A stretch of 51,360 nt of DNA from a virus. Taxonomy: Duplodnaviria; Heunggongvirae; Uroviricota; Caudoviricetes. The position numbers and the translations under genes were made by a program. The notes beneath the pieces were generated by a model, which saw only the letters and a program-made list of their open reading frames with translations, was not told the DNA's origin and did no database searches. This document shows, piece after piece, positions 43,493 through 51,360 of the stretch. The stretch lies in IMG/VR virus record IMGVR_UViG_3300032103_000073. One strand, 5' to 3'. Positions within the stretch are counted from its first letter, which is position 1. Each line of letters opens with the position of its first letter.

Positions 43493-44589
43493 CATATTTG
43501 TTTACAAGTGAATCAGTATCCGAAGGACATCCTGACAAAGTAGCCGATGCAATCAGCGATGCAGTACTTGATTTAGTAATGGCTAAAGAAGATCCATCAC
43601 TTCGTTGCGCATGTGAAACCTTAGTAACTACTAATCGAGTTGTACTAGCAGGTGAATACAGAGGTGTATTGCATAACGAAGAAGTAGAAAGTGCCGTTAG
43701 AAAAACTATTAAAAACATCGGTTATGAACAAGCAGGATTTGATTGGCGTACAGTCGAAATCACAAACTTGCTACACGGACAAAGTGCTGACATTGCGCTA
43801 GGTACTGATAACTTTGGCGCTGGTGATCAGGGTTTAATGTTTGGTTATGCTTGTAACGAAACTGCCGCATATATGCCTAGTGCAATTTACTGGAGTCATC
43901 GTATCGTAGAAGAACTAACTCGTCTACGCAAAAATGGTATGATGGAGTGGTTGGGCCCGGATGCTAAAAGCCAAGTAACTTTTGAATACAATGATAATGG
44001 CACGCCAAAACGTATTGCTAAAGTTGTTTGCAGTAGTCAACATAGTGCATCTGTAGGTATTGCAGATGTTAGAGCTGCAATTACTAATGTTATTAAACAA
44101 ATTTTACCGCAGGAGTATATAGACAATGGTACCGAGTTTTATATCAATCCTACTGGGCGTTTCGTTGTTGGTGGTCCTGATGGCGATACTGGCCTCACTG
44201 GAAGAAAAATTATTGTGGATACCTACGGTGGTTATAGTCCTCATGGTGGTGGCGCTTTTAGCGGCAAAGATCCTACTAAAGTAGATCGCAGTGCTGCTTA
44301 CATGATGCGCTACATTGCTAAAAATATTGTAGCAACAGGACGAGCACCTTGGGCTACTTGCCAAATCAGTTATGCTATCGGTATGGCAGAGCCAATGAGT
44401 TTTTACGTTGAGTGTGATGATACTGCACTAGCCAGGGACTTGACTATGCTTATTCCGAAAGTGTTGGACCTTACTCCAAAAGGTATTATTGAGCGATTTG
44501 ATTTGTTTAAACCAATATACGCATCAACAACAAACTATGGACACTTTGGCAAAGATTATTTGCCATGGGAAAAACTGGATCTATTTTAA
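43489..44589 (+). CDS. metK: S-adenosylmethionine synthetase
   Basis: FTSESVSEGHPDK, GAGDQG, GLTGRKIIVDTYGG and GGGAFSGKDPTKVDRS motifs. Confidence 0.98.
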   Translation: MTYLFTSESVSEGHPDKVADAISDAVLDLVMAKEDPSLRCACETLVTTNRVVLAGEYRGVLHNEEVESAVRKTIKNIGYEQAGFDWRTVEITNLLHGQSADIALGTDNFGAGDQGLMFGYACNETAAYMPSAIYWSHRIVEELTRLRKNGMMEWLGPDAKSQVTFEYNDNGTPKRIAKVVCSSQHSASVGIADVRAAITNVIKQILPQEYIDNGTEFYINPTGRFVVGGPDGDTGLTGRKIIVDTYGGYSPHGGGAFSGKDPTKVDRSAAYMMRYIAKNIVATGRAPWATCQISYAIGMAEPMSFYVECDDTALARDLTMLIPKVLDLTPKGIIERFDLFKPIYASTTNYGHFGKDYLPWEKLDLF

Positions 44590-44909
44590 TGTTAACCAAA
44601 CTAAAAAACTTATTTGGCAAAAAGCCTGCTAACCCAAAAGAAAGCAACGAACCTTGGGTAAACGTTGTTAGCACCAACTTTGATGAAGGAAGCCCTACAC
44701 AGGGCTTTATGGAATTAGAGTGGAATTCGGCATTTATTCAATTTCTAAAAGACAACGGCTACCAAGGCAATTCCGATGAAGAACTAGTTGACCAATGGTT
44801 TACTGCCCTTTGTAAGAATATTGGCGCCCAAATGGACGAAGAAAACAAATTTGTTGCCAATGCAGATGTGCTACCAAAACGCCGTAAGAAAACCATTGAC
44901 ACAAAGTAA
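44589..44909 (+). CDS. hypothetical protein
   Basis: Coupled ORF. Confidence 0.65.
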   Translation: MLTKLKNLFGKKPANPKESNEPWVNVVSTNFDEGSPTQGFMELEWNSAFIQFLKDNGYQGNSDEELVDQWFTALCKNIGAQMDEENKFVANADVLPKRRKKTIDTK

Positions 44910-44924
44910 TTTACCCTATATAAT
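44896..44924 (+). promoter_or_regulatory. consensus sigma70 promoter
   Basis: TTGACA-17bp-TATAAT; next ATG at 44930, possibly leaderless. Confidence 0.75.
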
Positions 44925-44929
44925 AAGCT

Positions 44930-45139
44930 ATGTCTAAATTAAATTGGGATTTTAAGGTTAAATTTGTTGGCAGCGAGCACATCTTAATTTCGATGAAAAA
45001 ACAAGACAGCGAAGCGTGGAGTGACATGCTTCTCGGCGTTCGTGAGTATGCAGAGTTTATGCAGTTGATGCAGGAATTTAATATTGCATTTCGCGAACAA
45101 ATTGATCGTAAATTAGTCGAGTCATATTTTAATGAGTAA
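44930..45139 (+). CDS. hypothetical protein
   Basis: ORF after the promoter, overlapping the rnh start. Confidence 0.6.
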   Translation: MSKLNWDFKVKFVGSEHILISMKKQDSEAWSDMLLGVREYAEFMQLMQEFNIAFREQIDRKLVESYFNE

Positions 45140-46121
45140 TACGTATATTTTAGTAGATACGTCTAATCTTTTTTTCCGCGCCCGGCATGTAGTGCGTGGA
45201 GAAGATGCAGAAACAAAAGCAGGCATGGCCTACCATATTATGTTTAACAGCATCAATAAGGTATGGAAAGATTTTAAAGGCACACACGTTGTATTCGCGT
45301 TCGAAGGTCGAAGCTGGCGTAAGGATGAAGATCCTACTTACAAGGCAAACCGTGCTGCTGCTCGAGCGGCACTTACACCAGCAGAAGCAGAAGAAGATAA
45401 GATGTTCTGGACAGCGTTTGACGAGCTAAAATCGTTTCTAGAAACAAAGACAAACTGCACTACTCTCAGACACGAACGATGTGAAGCCGACGATTTTATT
45501 GCACGTTGGATTCAGAATCATCCTAATGATGAGCATGTTATTGTTAGCAGTGATAGTGATTTCTTCCAACTACTTGCACCAAATGTTCGACAGTTCAACG
45601 GTATTAGTAAAGAGCTAACAACCATCGAAGGAATCTTCAACGAAAAAGGCACTAGGGTTCTAGATAAGAAAACTAAAGAGCCAAAGCCTGCTCCTGATCC
45701 CAAATGGTTGCTTTTTGAGAAATGTATGCGCGGCGATACTAGCGATAACATCTTTAGTGCTTATCCTGGTGTGCGCGAAAAAGGCACTAAAAACAAAGTC
45801 GGACTTCGTGAGGCATTTGCAGACAAGGATACCAAAGGCTACAATTGGAACAATCTCATGCTTCAGCGTTGGACTGATCATAATGAAGTTGAGCACAGAG
45901 TTCGTGATCGTTATTTGCACAATAAAAAGCTGATTGACTTAACCGAACAGCCTGACGATATTAAACAATCACTAGATGAAGTTATCAACACAGCGGCTGC
46001 AAAAAACAGAATGTCCCAAGTTGGCTTGCATTTTGTTAAGTTTTGCAGTAAGTGGAATTTGGTTGCAATCGCAGACCGAATGACCGAGCACGGAGATTAC
46101 CTAGGAGCAGCATACAAATGA
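45132..46121 (+). CDS. rnh: RNase H / 5'-3' exonuclease (T4 Rnh/FEN family)
   Basis: LVDTSN, YKANR, EADD.I, SSDSDF.QL and GDTSDNI motifs. Confidence 0.9.
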   Translation: MSNTYILVDTSNLFFRARHVVRGEDAETKAGMAYHIMFNSINKVWKDFKGTHVVFAFEGRSWRKDEDPTYKANRAAARAALTPAEAEEDKMFWTAFDELKSFLETKTNCTTLRHERCEADDFIARWIQNHPNDEHVIVSSDSDFFQLLAPNVRQFNGISKELTTIEGIFNEKGTRVLDKKTKEPKPAPDPKWLLFEKCMRGDTSDNIFSAYPGVREKGTKNKVGLREAFADKDTKGYNWNNLMLQRWTDHNEVEHRVRDRYLHNKKLIDLTEQPDDIKQSLDEVINTAAAKNRMSQVGLHFVKFCSKWNLVAIADRMTEHGDYLGAAYK

Positions 46122-46585
46122 TTTTAGCAAAAAGTGTTATTAAAGATAGGTTTTGGATTCTTGAAGAAAATGCCAAGCGGGTTGGCATGATGAATTTTAA
46201 GGACGATAACTATGTTATCAACTTGAATAGAAAAGACTATGTTGCCCATGACAATAATGAATTAAAAACACTAGGTATCGAGTTTGTAAAACGAGACTAT
46301 ACACATGGCGGGCACTTAGAAGTAATGGGCTATCCTACTGATCAAGAAGAAGTTTATAATGTTAAGGAAGTAGAAGGTTTTCCTACTTTTACTAAAAAAG
46401 CCGCCAGCAAAAGCACACACGTAGCTGGCTGGTATGGTATTAAATTTAAAAATGGTTGGGTATGCACATTGTGTCCTCGTTTAACTACCGTGCAAACCAA
46501 CACCTTTGTAGGCCCATATCGAACCAAAATGGATCTAAAAGTGGTGCTAGGACAGCAAAAAGTCGAGGACTACGAAGAAGATTAA
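46118..46585 (+). CDS. hypothetical protein
   Basis: ATGA-coupled to rnh. Confidence 0.7.
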   Translation: MILAKSVIKDRFWILEENAKRVGMMNFKDDNYVINLNRKDYVAHDNNELKTLGIEFVKRDYTHGGHLEVMGYPTDQEEVYNVKEVEGFPTFTKKAASKSTHVAGWYGIKFKNGWVCTLCPRLTTVQTNTFVGPYRTKMDLKVVLGQQKVEDYEED

Positions 46586-46635
46586 GTTATCACATAATTG
46601 CTTTTTTGATAAATAAACGTATCGGAGAAGCAATT

Positions 46636-46953
46636 ATGGCGAGGCCAAAACCAACTATACTTTTATCACACGTAGATCCAAAAAATTTTAAAAGCGAAGA
46701 AATACTAGAAGCTGAAGCCATCTATGCAGTATTTTACCAAGGTAAACCCTTTAACCTGCGTAGTCATTTGAATAGTCTCCAAGACTACCCTGGACCAAAA
46801 TATAAAAAGGTATCTTTTAGTAATTCAGGACATGCATTTAATTTAATGGAAAAATTAAACAAACTTTTTAAGTGTAATGATTTTACAGTAGTAGAGCTTC
46901 GTCAAGGCGTAGAGGTAAATGAGCAAGACCTTAACAAAAGAGCAACTAAGTAA
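46636..46953 (+). CDS. hypothetical protein (MARPKP...)
   Basis: TAAATA at 46610; GGAG RBS. Confidence 0.7.
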   Translation: MARPKPTILLSHVDPKNFKSEEILEAEAIYAVFYQGKPFNLRSHLNSLQDYPGPKYKKVSFSNSGHAFNLMEKLNKLFKCNDFTVVELRQGVEVNEQDLNKRATK

Positions 46954-47257
46954 GCTGGTCTTTTCTACCATACAAGAAAGTGTTGACCATCCTTTAACTT
47001 TTTTTAAAGTCTTTAAAAATAACAAAGGGACTAGATTTACCGGCTTAGGTTTTGACTTGGCCGGTTTTTTATGGAAATCATATACGGTTAAGCTGCCGGA
47101 CAATTATAAGATTGCTAACAAAACCCTACTCATGTTAGATGCTAAAATGGAATGGCCTTATTATTTAAGTAAGAAAAAGCTCGTGCTGTTCAGCGAAATG
47201 GACGCATTTGAATTTAGCCTTTATCAAGGCGATATTAACTTATGGGCTAACAAATGA
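46919..47257 (+). CDS. hypothetical protein
   Basis: Coupled ORF. Confidence 0.65.
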   Translation: MSKTLTKEQLSKLVFSTIQESVDHPLTFFKVFKNNKGTRFTGLGFDLAGFLWKSYTVKLPDNYKIANKTLLMLDAKMEWPYYLSKKKLVLFSEMDAFEFSLYQGDINLWANK

Positions 47258-47949
47258 CATTAAATGGATTTAACATAATACGTAATTACATTCCTGCAGA
47301 AACTATAAAAAAATTAAATAACAAAGTCCCATTGTTAGTACCTCACCGAGGTCATGCTACGGATCACAAATACTACCCAGCAGATAAGATACACGAGTGC
47401 ATAGATCTAGCAGTATGGTGGAGCCAAGAGCTTAGTAGTTGGCCCGAAGTGCAGGTTATAACTCGTCAACTAATTGCATTAGTCGGACACTTATTTGATG
47501 AGCCAGATTGCTATATCGCCGATATCATAACCAACGAGCCAGGTAATACTCACATCAAGCCACATATAGATAGTCCTTATCGTTTTCCTAAATGGTGGGA
47601 TGAAGATGAATTACTAGGAGTTCAATGTATTATACCATTGTGTAAATTTACTCCTGAAAACGGCGGAACGGGTTTATTACCTGATAGCCATAACACTCGT
47701 TGGGTTGTTAAGGACAGCTATGCTGGAAAATATAACGAAGAATTTCTAGCAGGTGTTGTCCAACCAGAAATGGACATAGGCGATGTGCTTGTTTACCATC
47801 CTCGCACACTTCACAGCACTATGCCAAACAATACTAATTTGCCGCGCAGGGCGTTGTTAATTCATATCACTAGCAAAGAAATGGTAAGATTGCTCAAGCT
47901 AGAAGATACAATTTGGCAAGAAGAATCTAGAAAAAGTCAACGCACTTAA
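47254..47949 (+). CDS. phytanoyl-CoA dioxygenase (PhyH)-family 2OG-Fe(II) oxygenase
   Basis: PHIDSPY, ENGGTGLLPDSH and GDVLVYHPRTLHSTMPN...R motifs. Confidence 0.85.
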   Translation: MTLNGFNIIRNYIPAETIKKLNNKVPLLVPHRGHATDHKYYPADKIHECIDLAVWWSQELSSWPEVQVITRQLIALVGHLFDEPDCYIADIITNEPGNTHIKPHIDSPYRFPKWWDEDELLGVQCIIPLCKFTPENGGTGLLPDSHNTRWVVKDSYAGKYNEEFLAGVVQPEMDIGDVLVYHPRTLHSTMPNNTNLPRRALLIHITSKEMVRLLKLEDTIWQEESRKSQRT

Positions 47950-48012
47950 GGTCTAAGGCGTTATATATGTAAGCAAGAAAAATTGCTTAGATTTCTAAAA
48001 AAGGAGAAACTT

Positions 48013-48240
48013 ATGAAATCAATTATCGCTATTATCGCAACCGCTTTTGCATTTACAGCATTTGCCGCAGAGCCTGCCAAGACAGAAGCCGTTAAGGCGC
48101 CTGCTGCCACAGCTAGCGCGCCTGCTACACCAAAGGCTATGCCCAAAGTCGAAAAGCCAGCTAAAAAGCACGACAAAAAGGCTGATGCCACCAAAAGCGA
48201 ACCAGCTAAGGATCAAAAAGCCGAAGCTGCTAAGAAGTAA
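48013..48240 (+). CDS. small exported Ala/Lys-rich low-complexity protein
   Basis: AAGGAG RBS; signal peptide MKSIIAIIATAFAFTAFA. Confidence 0.75.
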   Translation: MKSIIAIIATAFAFTAFAAEPAKTEAVKAPAATASAPATPKAMPKVEKPAKKHDKKADATKSEPAKDQKAEAAKK

Positions 48241-48431
48241 TCCTTATAGACTTTCTTCTATAAAGTTCCTCGATATTGATCCGTCGGACTTACCAGATGA
48301 CGAAGACATTTTAGTAAGCATACATAGACCTACTAAGTTTCGATTCAAGCCAATATTTGACGACGATGTCGAGGACCATATAGCTAAAAGACTGGAACAG
48401 GCTCGTATGCTGGCAATGAAAGCATACAGAG

Positions 48432-48457
48432 AAAAGCGGGCGCAAAGTCCGCTTTTT
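48432..48457 (+). terminator. intrinsic terminator, possibly bidirectional
   Basis: AAAAGCGGGC-GCAAA-GTCCGCTTTTT. Confidence 0.65.
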
Positions 48458-48458
48458 A

Positions 48459-48487
48459 TTGACACAAATTCACCAAAGTGTTATTAT
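48459..48487 (+). promoter_or_regulatory. early sigma70-type promoter
   Basis: TTGACA-17bp-TATTAT with TG extension; AAGGAG RBS downstream. Confidence 0.65.
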
Positions 48488-48526
48488 AACTATACCAGCT
48501 AGCCAATCACAGAAAAGGAGCACACA

Positions 48527-48721
48527 ATGTCCAAAGTTTATTTGGTTTATGTTGTAGACACTACTCCCCATGGTTTTAGCAGTGATTGGCAAGACCATCG
48601 TGAATATAAGTTAGTGCGTACTTACCTGGACCAGGATCTGGCAGAAGCGTACAAAGAGCTCCGTATGGCTCGTGGCAATTGCAGTGTTCGCATCGAAGCA
48701 CACGACATTTCAGAAGATTGA
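48527..48721 (+). CDS. hypothetical early protein
   Basis: Strong RBS after the promoter. Confidence 0.7.
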   Translation: MSKVYLVYVVDTTPHGFSSDWQDHREYKLVRTYLDQDLAEAYKELRMARGNCSVRIEAHDISED

Positions 48722-48730
48722 GAGGACGAT

Positions 48731-48925
48731 ATGGCAGAAGTTAAACTAACTGGCCTGTACAAAGTTACAGTCACCGAGTATGAAGCAGGTTGGGGTCAAC
48801 GTGTTGATCCTAACGACACTAAGTTTTTTACAACATTAGAAGAAGCAGAAAAATATAAGGCACACTGGGAACAAGGCGGTAGCTACGAATGCTTCTGGCG
48901 GGCAGAGATCGAAAGAGTAAACTAA
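48731..48925 (+). CDS. hypothetical early protein
   Basis: GAGGA RBS. Confidence 0.7.
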   Translation: MAEVKLTGLYKVTVTEYEAGWGQRVDPNDTKFFTTLEEAEKYKAHWEQGGSYECFWRAEIERVN

Positions 48926-48934
48926 AGTATACAA

Positions 48935-49237
48935 ATGAAGTTAGTAGTTAAGTTAAACCGTAGACATAAATTGTTCAATGAGTTGCGTATGACTCATGCC
49001 TGGCGCTTTGAAGATTACAGTAAGAATGTCAAGGACATTCATGCAGTAGAGGCGTTTCTAAAGGAAAAGTACGGGCAACAAGAATGGGGATGGGCATATA
49101 GTTCCATTTACGGCGGCACAAAAAAGTGGGCTACACATTGGGGCAAGCCACGCAGAGACCGACCACGAGTTTACTGGATTGGTGTTAAAGATGAAGAAAT
49201 GATCTTCGTCGCAGGTCTTTGCGGGGTCAAAGTCTAA
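48935..49237 (+). CDS. hypothetical early protein
   Basis: Co-oriented ORF. Confidence 0.65.
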   Translation: MKLVVKLNRRHKLFNELRMTHAWRFEDYSKNVKDIHAVEAFLKEKYGQQEWGWAYSSIYGGTKKWATHWGKPRRDRPRVYWIGVKDEEMIFVAGLCGVKV

Positions 49238-49266
49238 TTGACACAAATTGGGTTTGGGCATACAAT
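49238..49266 (+). promoter_or_regulatory. early sigma70-type promoter
   Basis: TTGACA-17bp-TACAAT. Confidence 0.7.
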
Positions 49267-49272
49267 ACAAGT

Positions 49273-49497
49273 ATGCAAAAAACTAATGATTTGATTCAAT
49301 GGGCGGGTACAATCTGTATACTTTCTATGTATGCAGTTATGTCCTTCCGCAAAGACCTGTTTCCTTTAAACTTAATACTTGGGTTTGCAGGAAGTTGTTT
49401 GTTCCTTACTTGGGCAGTTCGCACAAAGAACCTGCCACAGGCTTGTGTTAATTTTGTAAGCCTTCTGATTTGTGGGATTGGCGTTTATTCTGCTTAA
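49273..49497 (+). CDS. small membrane protein
   Basis: Three hydrophobic segments. Confidence 0.65.
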   Translation: MQKTNDLIQWAGTICILSMYAVMSFRKDLFPLNLILGFAGSCLFLTWAVRTKNLPQACVNFVSLLICGIGVYSA

Positions 49498-49498
49498 A

Positions 49499-49527
49499 TT
49501 GGCACAAATTGGTTTTGGCGTTATAAT
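49499..49527 (+). promoter_or_regulatory. early sigma70-type promoter
   Basis: TTGGCA-17bp-TATAAT; near-copy of the promoter at 49238. Confidence 0.65.
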
Positions 49528-49559
49528 ACATACATAGCAAAACAAAACAGGAGTTAGAA

Positions 49560-49784
49560 ATGTCAAAAGATTTTGTTTACACCTCATTGATTATTGAATG
49601 CAATGGGGAAATCACGAACTCAGACGATGTTGTTGACCTCAATAAGGACCTGGATTACAACATCAATGAACTGTATATTAACAGATTTGATCCGGAAGAT
49701 ATTGTGGAAGTCTTGAACATCACTTTGTTCAGAGTTGCACAATGTCTTGCACCATTGGGCTTGGATTTTCCAGAATTCAATTAA
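49560..49784 (+). CDS. hypothetical acidic protein
   Basis: AGGAG RBS. Confidence 0.65.
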   Translation: MSKDFVYTSLIIECNGEITNSDDVVDLNKDLDYNINELYINRFDPEDIVEVLNITLFRVAQCLAPLGLDFPEFN

Positions 49785-49875
49785 AAAATAAATTTTAGTT
49801 GACTTGTTTATAGACAACAGGAGTCTGGTCGCCCTTGGCAAGCCTGGTCAATTTGGCACAATGTGAGGAATCAAA

Positions 49876-50169
49876 ATGAACATCCAAACCGTAGCACAAA
49901 ATCTGCGTAACACAATCGCCAGCAAGGAGGCTATGCTGGATAAGTTAATCCAGCGCAAGGATGTAAAGCGTGAGTTCCATGATGAAGTAGCGTATTTCGC
50001 AACCAAAGAGTTCCTGGAAATCAACATTGCCGAACTCAAGCGTATCCTGGCTGATGTGGAAGTGTGCGCCAAACAAGCATCTGATGACAGTTGGATTACT
50101 AATCCAGATCGTCAAGGCGGTGGTGGTTGGACCGCAGAAGAACTTGATCCTAATAGGGGTTGGAAATGA
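49876..50169 (+). CDS. hypothetical protein
   Basis: GAGGA RBS; C-terminal SW.TNPDR.GG. Confidence 0.7.
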   Translation: MNIQTVAQNLRNTIASKEAMLDKLIQRKDVKREFHDEVAYFATKEFLEINIAELKRILADVEVCAKQASDDSWITNPDRQGGGGWTAEELDPNRGWK

Positions 50170-50405
50170 AAGCAAAATACATTATCATCAAGCAAGGTTC
50201 TTTTGAAGTTCCTTTCTTGTTCAGTGATTTGAACCAGCACGCCGATGTTGCCAGAAGCCTCGGCGGTGTTGATAAAGTAGTCGGTGCCGGTTTCGATGGC
50301 GACAGATACTTTTGCTATGGCGAAAGCATCAGTTGTAAAGTTAAGAGCCGTGGCCACGTAGATGAAGCAATTCTTAATCGTTTGCTGGGAGTTGATTATG
50401 ATTGA
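50166..50405 (+). CDS. hypothetical protein
   Basis: ATGA-coupled. Confidence 0.65.
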   Translation: MKAKYIIIKQGSFEVPFLFSDLNQHADVARSLGGVDKVVGAGFDGDRYFCYGESISCKVKSRGHVDEAILNRLLGVDYD

Positions 50406-50592
50406 CCCGAAACAAAAGTACAGCACTATCACATTCCGGTGGCGTACTCGCAACAGTGAAGATCAATGCACCCTGCACGATCGCACATACGATGAAGCAT
50501 TGAAGGTTGCAAAAGTATTTGGTTATGTTGAACCCGTGTGGTACAAGCCCTGGTCTTGGGCTAACTATCTGTTTGTCCAAGCTGACTATTGA
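50398..50592 (+). CDS. hypothetical protein
   Basis: GGAG RBS; coupled. Confidence 0.55.
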   Translation: MIDPKQKYSTITFRWRTRNSEDQCTLHDRTYDEALKVAKVFGYVEPVWYKPWSWANYLFVQADY

Positions 50593-50600
50593 GGTGTAAA

Positions 50601-50852
50601 ATGAACGAACAAATTCGAGAACTCAGAGCAAAATCTATGGTTCCTATCCAAACAGACGGCTACACCTCTTGGGTATTTGACGAGGAAAAATTCGCCGAGT
50701 TGATTGTTCGGGAATGTTTGAACCAATTACAAGAATTAACGCCACTGAAAATTTCCAATGAAGAACACCAGAAATTAGTTGATGCTACACATATAGCGGC
50801 AGTGAGTATCGGTGTTGCTAAGATTAAACATCATTTCGGAGTTGAAAAATGA
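50601..50852 (+). CDS. hypothetical protein, MNE.I...KFAELIVREC family (copy 1)
   Basis: GAGG RBS; paralogous to the ORF at 51180. Confidence 0.7.
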   Translation: MNEQIRELRAKSMVPIQTDGYTSWVFDEEKFAELIVRECLNQLQELTPLKISNEEHQKLVDATHIAAVSIGVAKIKHHFGVEK

Positions 50853-51332
50853 TCACTGCTAAAGAAGCTAAAGAATTGTATGACAAGAGTGGTCAAGAGG
50901 TTGCTGATTACCTTAGCCATCACGTCGAAGGTTATGTAAGGTCCGCAGCCGAGTCTGGCAAGCGTTTTGTTTTTATTCACGTAGGCACAGTCGATCCGTA
51001 TGAACACGTTGATCAAAAACTTACTCCTCAGAACAAAGCGGTTGTAGAAAAACTTCAAGAACTTGGTTATCGTGCTCGTTTTGTTCTCGACGGCGATAAG
51101 TATGTGCCACGTGGACTGCAAGACGACAACGGCAATGGTCCAAGTCATCAAAACTATGGAATCCAGATTGGGTGGTAATATGAACGAACGAATTCGAAAA
51201 CTTTTGAATGAAGCATGCCGTTATGCTTATGAACAAAATCCAGGAGAAAACTCCTATGGACGTCCGGTAGATGAAAACAAGTATAATCAAGACCGTGACT
51301 CAAAGTTCGCCGAGTTGATTGTTCGGGAATGT
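50691..51332 (+). repeat. 27-bp exact direct repeat TTCGCCGAGTTGATTGTTCGGGAATGT
   Basis: Copies at 50691-50717 and 51306-51332; a partial third copy at the window end. Confidence 0.9.
50849..51178 (+). CDS. hypothetical protein
   Basis: ATGA-coupled. Confidence 0.65.
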   Translation: MITAKEAKELYDKSGQEVADYLSHHVEGYVRSAAESGKRFVFIHVGTVDPYEHVDQKLTPQNKAVVEKLQELGYRARFVLDGDKYVPRGLQDDNGNGPSHQNYGIQIGW

Positions 51333-51360
51333 GCTGATTGGGTAGATGCAAGTTCGCCGA
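51180..51360 (+). CDS. hypothetical protein, MNE.I...KFAELIVREC family (copy 2), 3'-truncated
   Basis: MNERIRKLLNEA...DSKFAELIVRECADW; runs off the window end. Confidence 0.65.
   Translation, partial: MNERIRKLLNEACRYAYEQNPGENSYGRPVDENKYNQDRDSKFAELIVRECADWVDASSP

Noticed and set aside
2123-51351. Numerous short antisense or alternate-frame ORFs in the track (e.g. 2349-2837, 18249-18620, 29969-30373, 48047-48502)
   Set aside because: They are shadows of well-supported + strand genes, with no RBS or recognisable motifs
1-51360. Stop-codon reassignment, as in some large phages
   Set aside because: Known genes are full length under the standard code, and TAA, TGA and TAG (e.g. at 1756 and 36896) all serve as stops
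1-51360. Diversity-generating retroelement or retron as the explanation for the repeats and ncRNAs
   Set aside because: No reverse transcriptase and no TR/VR pair with adenine-specific mismatches were seen in the window

Overview
This is a segment of a large, AT-rich, lytic T4-like/jumbo-type dsDNA phage genome. Genes are densely packed, almost all on the + strand, and use the standard genetic code. A Bug/TctC protein and a phasin-like gene hint at a betaproteobacterial host (inference). From left to right: (1) a UvsE fragment, a CCA-type nucleotidyltransferase and a phasin-like gene; (2) an accessory metabolic cluster (methyltransferase, Bug/TctC, two sulfotransferase-like proteins, a 2OG oxygenase, an APS kinase-nucleotidyltransferase fusion); (3) two structured non-coding regions at 9.2 kb and 10.3-10.7 kb; (4) a ~17 kb late block of proteins that nearly all start with a shared M-[KR]-[ILVY]-x-[EDQ]-[ILF] leader resembling a capsid-targeting sequence. 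Two of these, plus the ORF at 2205, are modular polyproteins whose short modules are joined by a DNA-conserved GGTGTGGCGGAA (GVAE) repeat; (5) Dps, family B DNA polymerase and a putative clamp; (6) a 7-deazaguanine pathway (QueD-like, DpdA/TGT-like, FolE, QueE) interleaved with glycosyltransferase, cytidylyltransferase and nucleotide-sugar dehydrogenase genes; (7) MetK, an RNase H/5' exonuclease and small early genes with sigma70-type promoters. Two free-standing homing endonucleases are present. I found no tRNA, rRNA or CRISPR array. All calls come from reading motifs by eye; no database searches were run.
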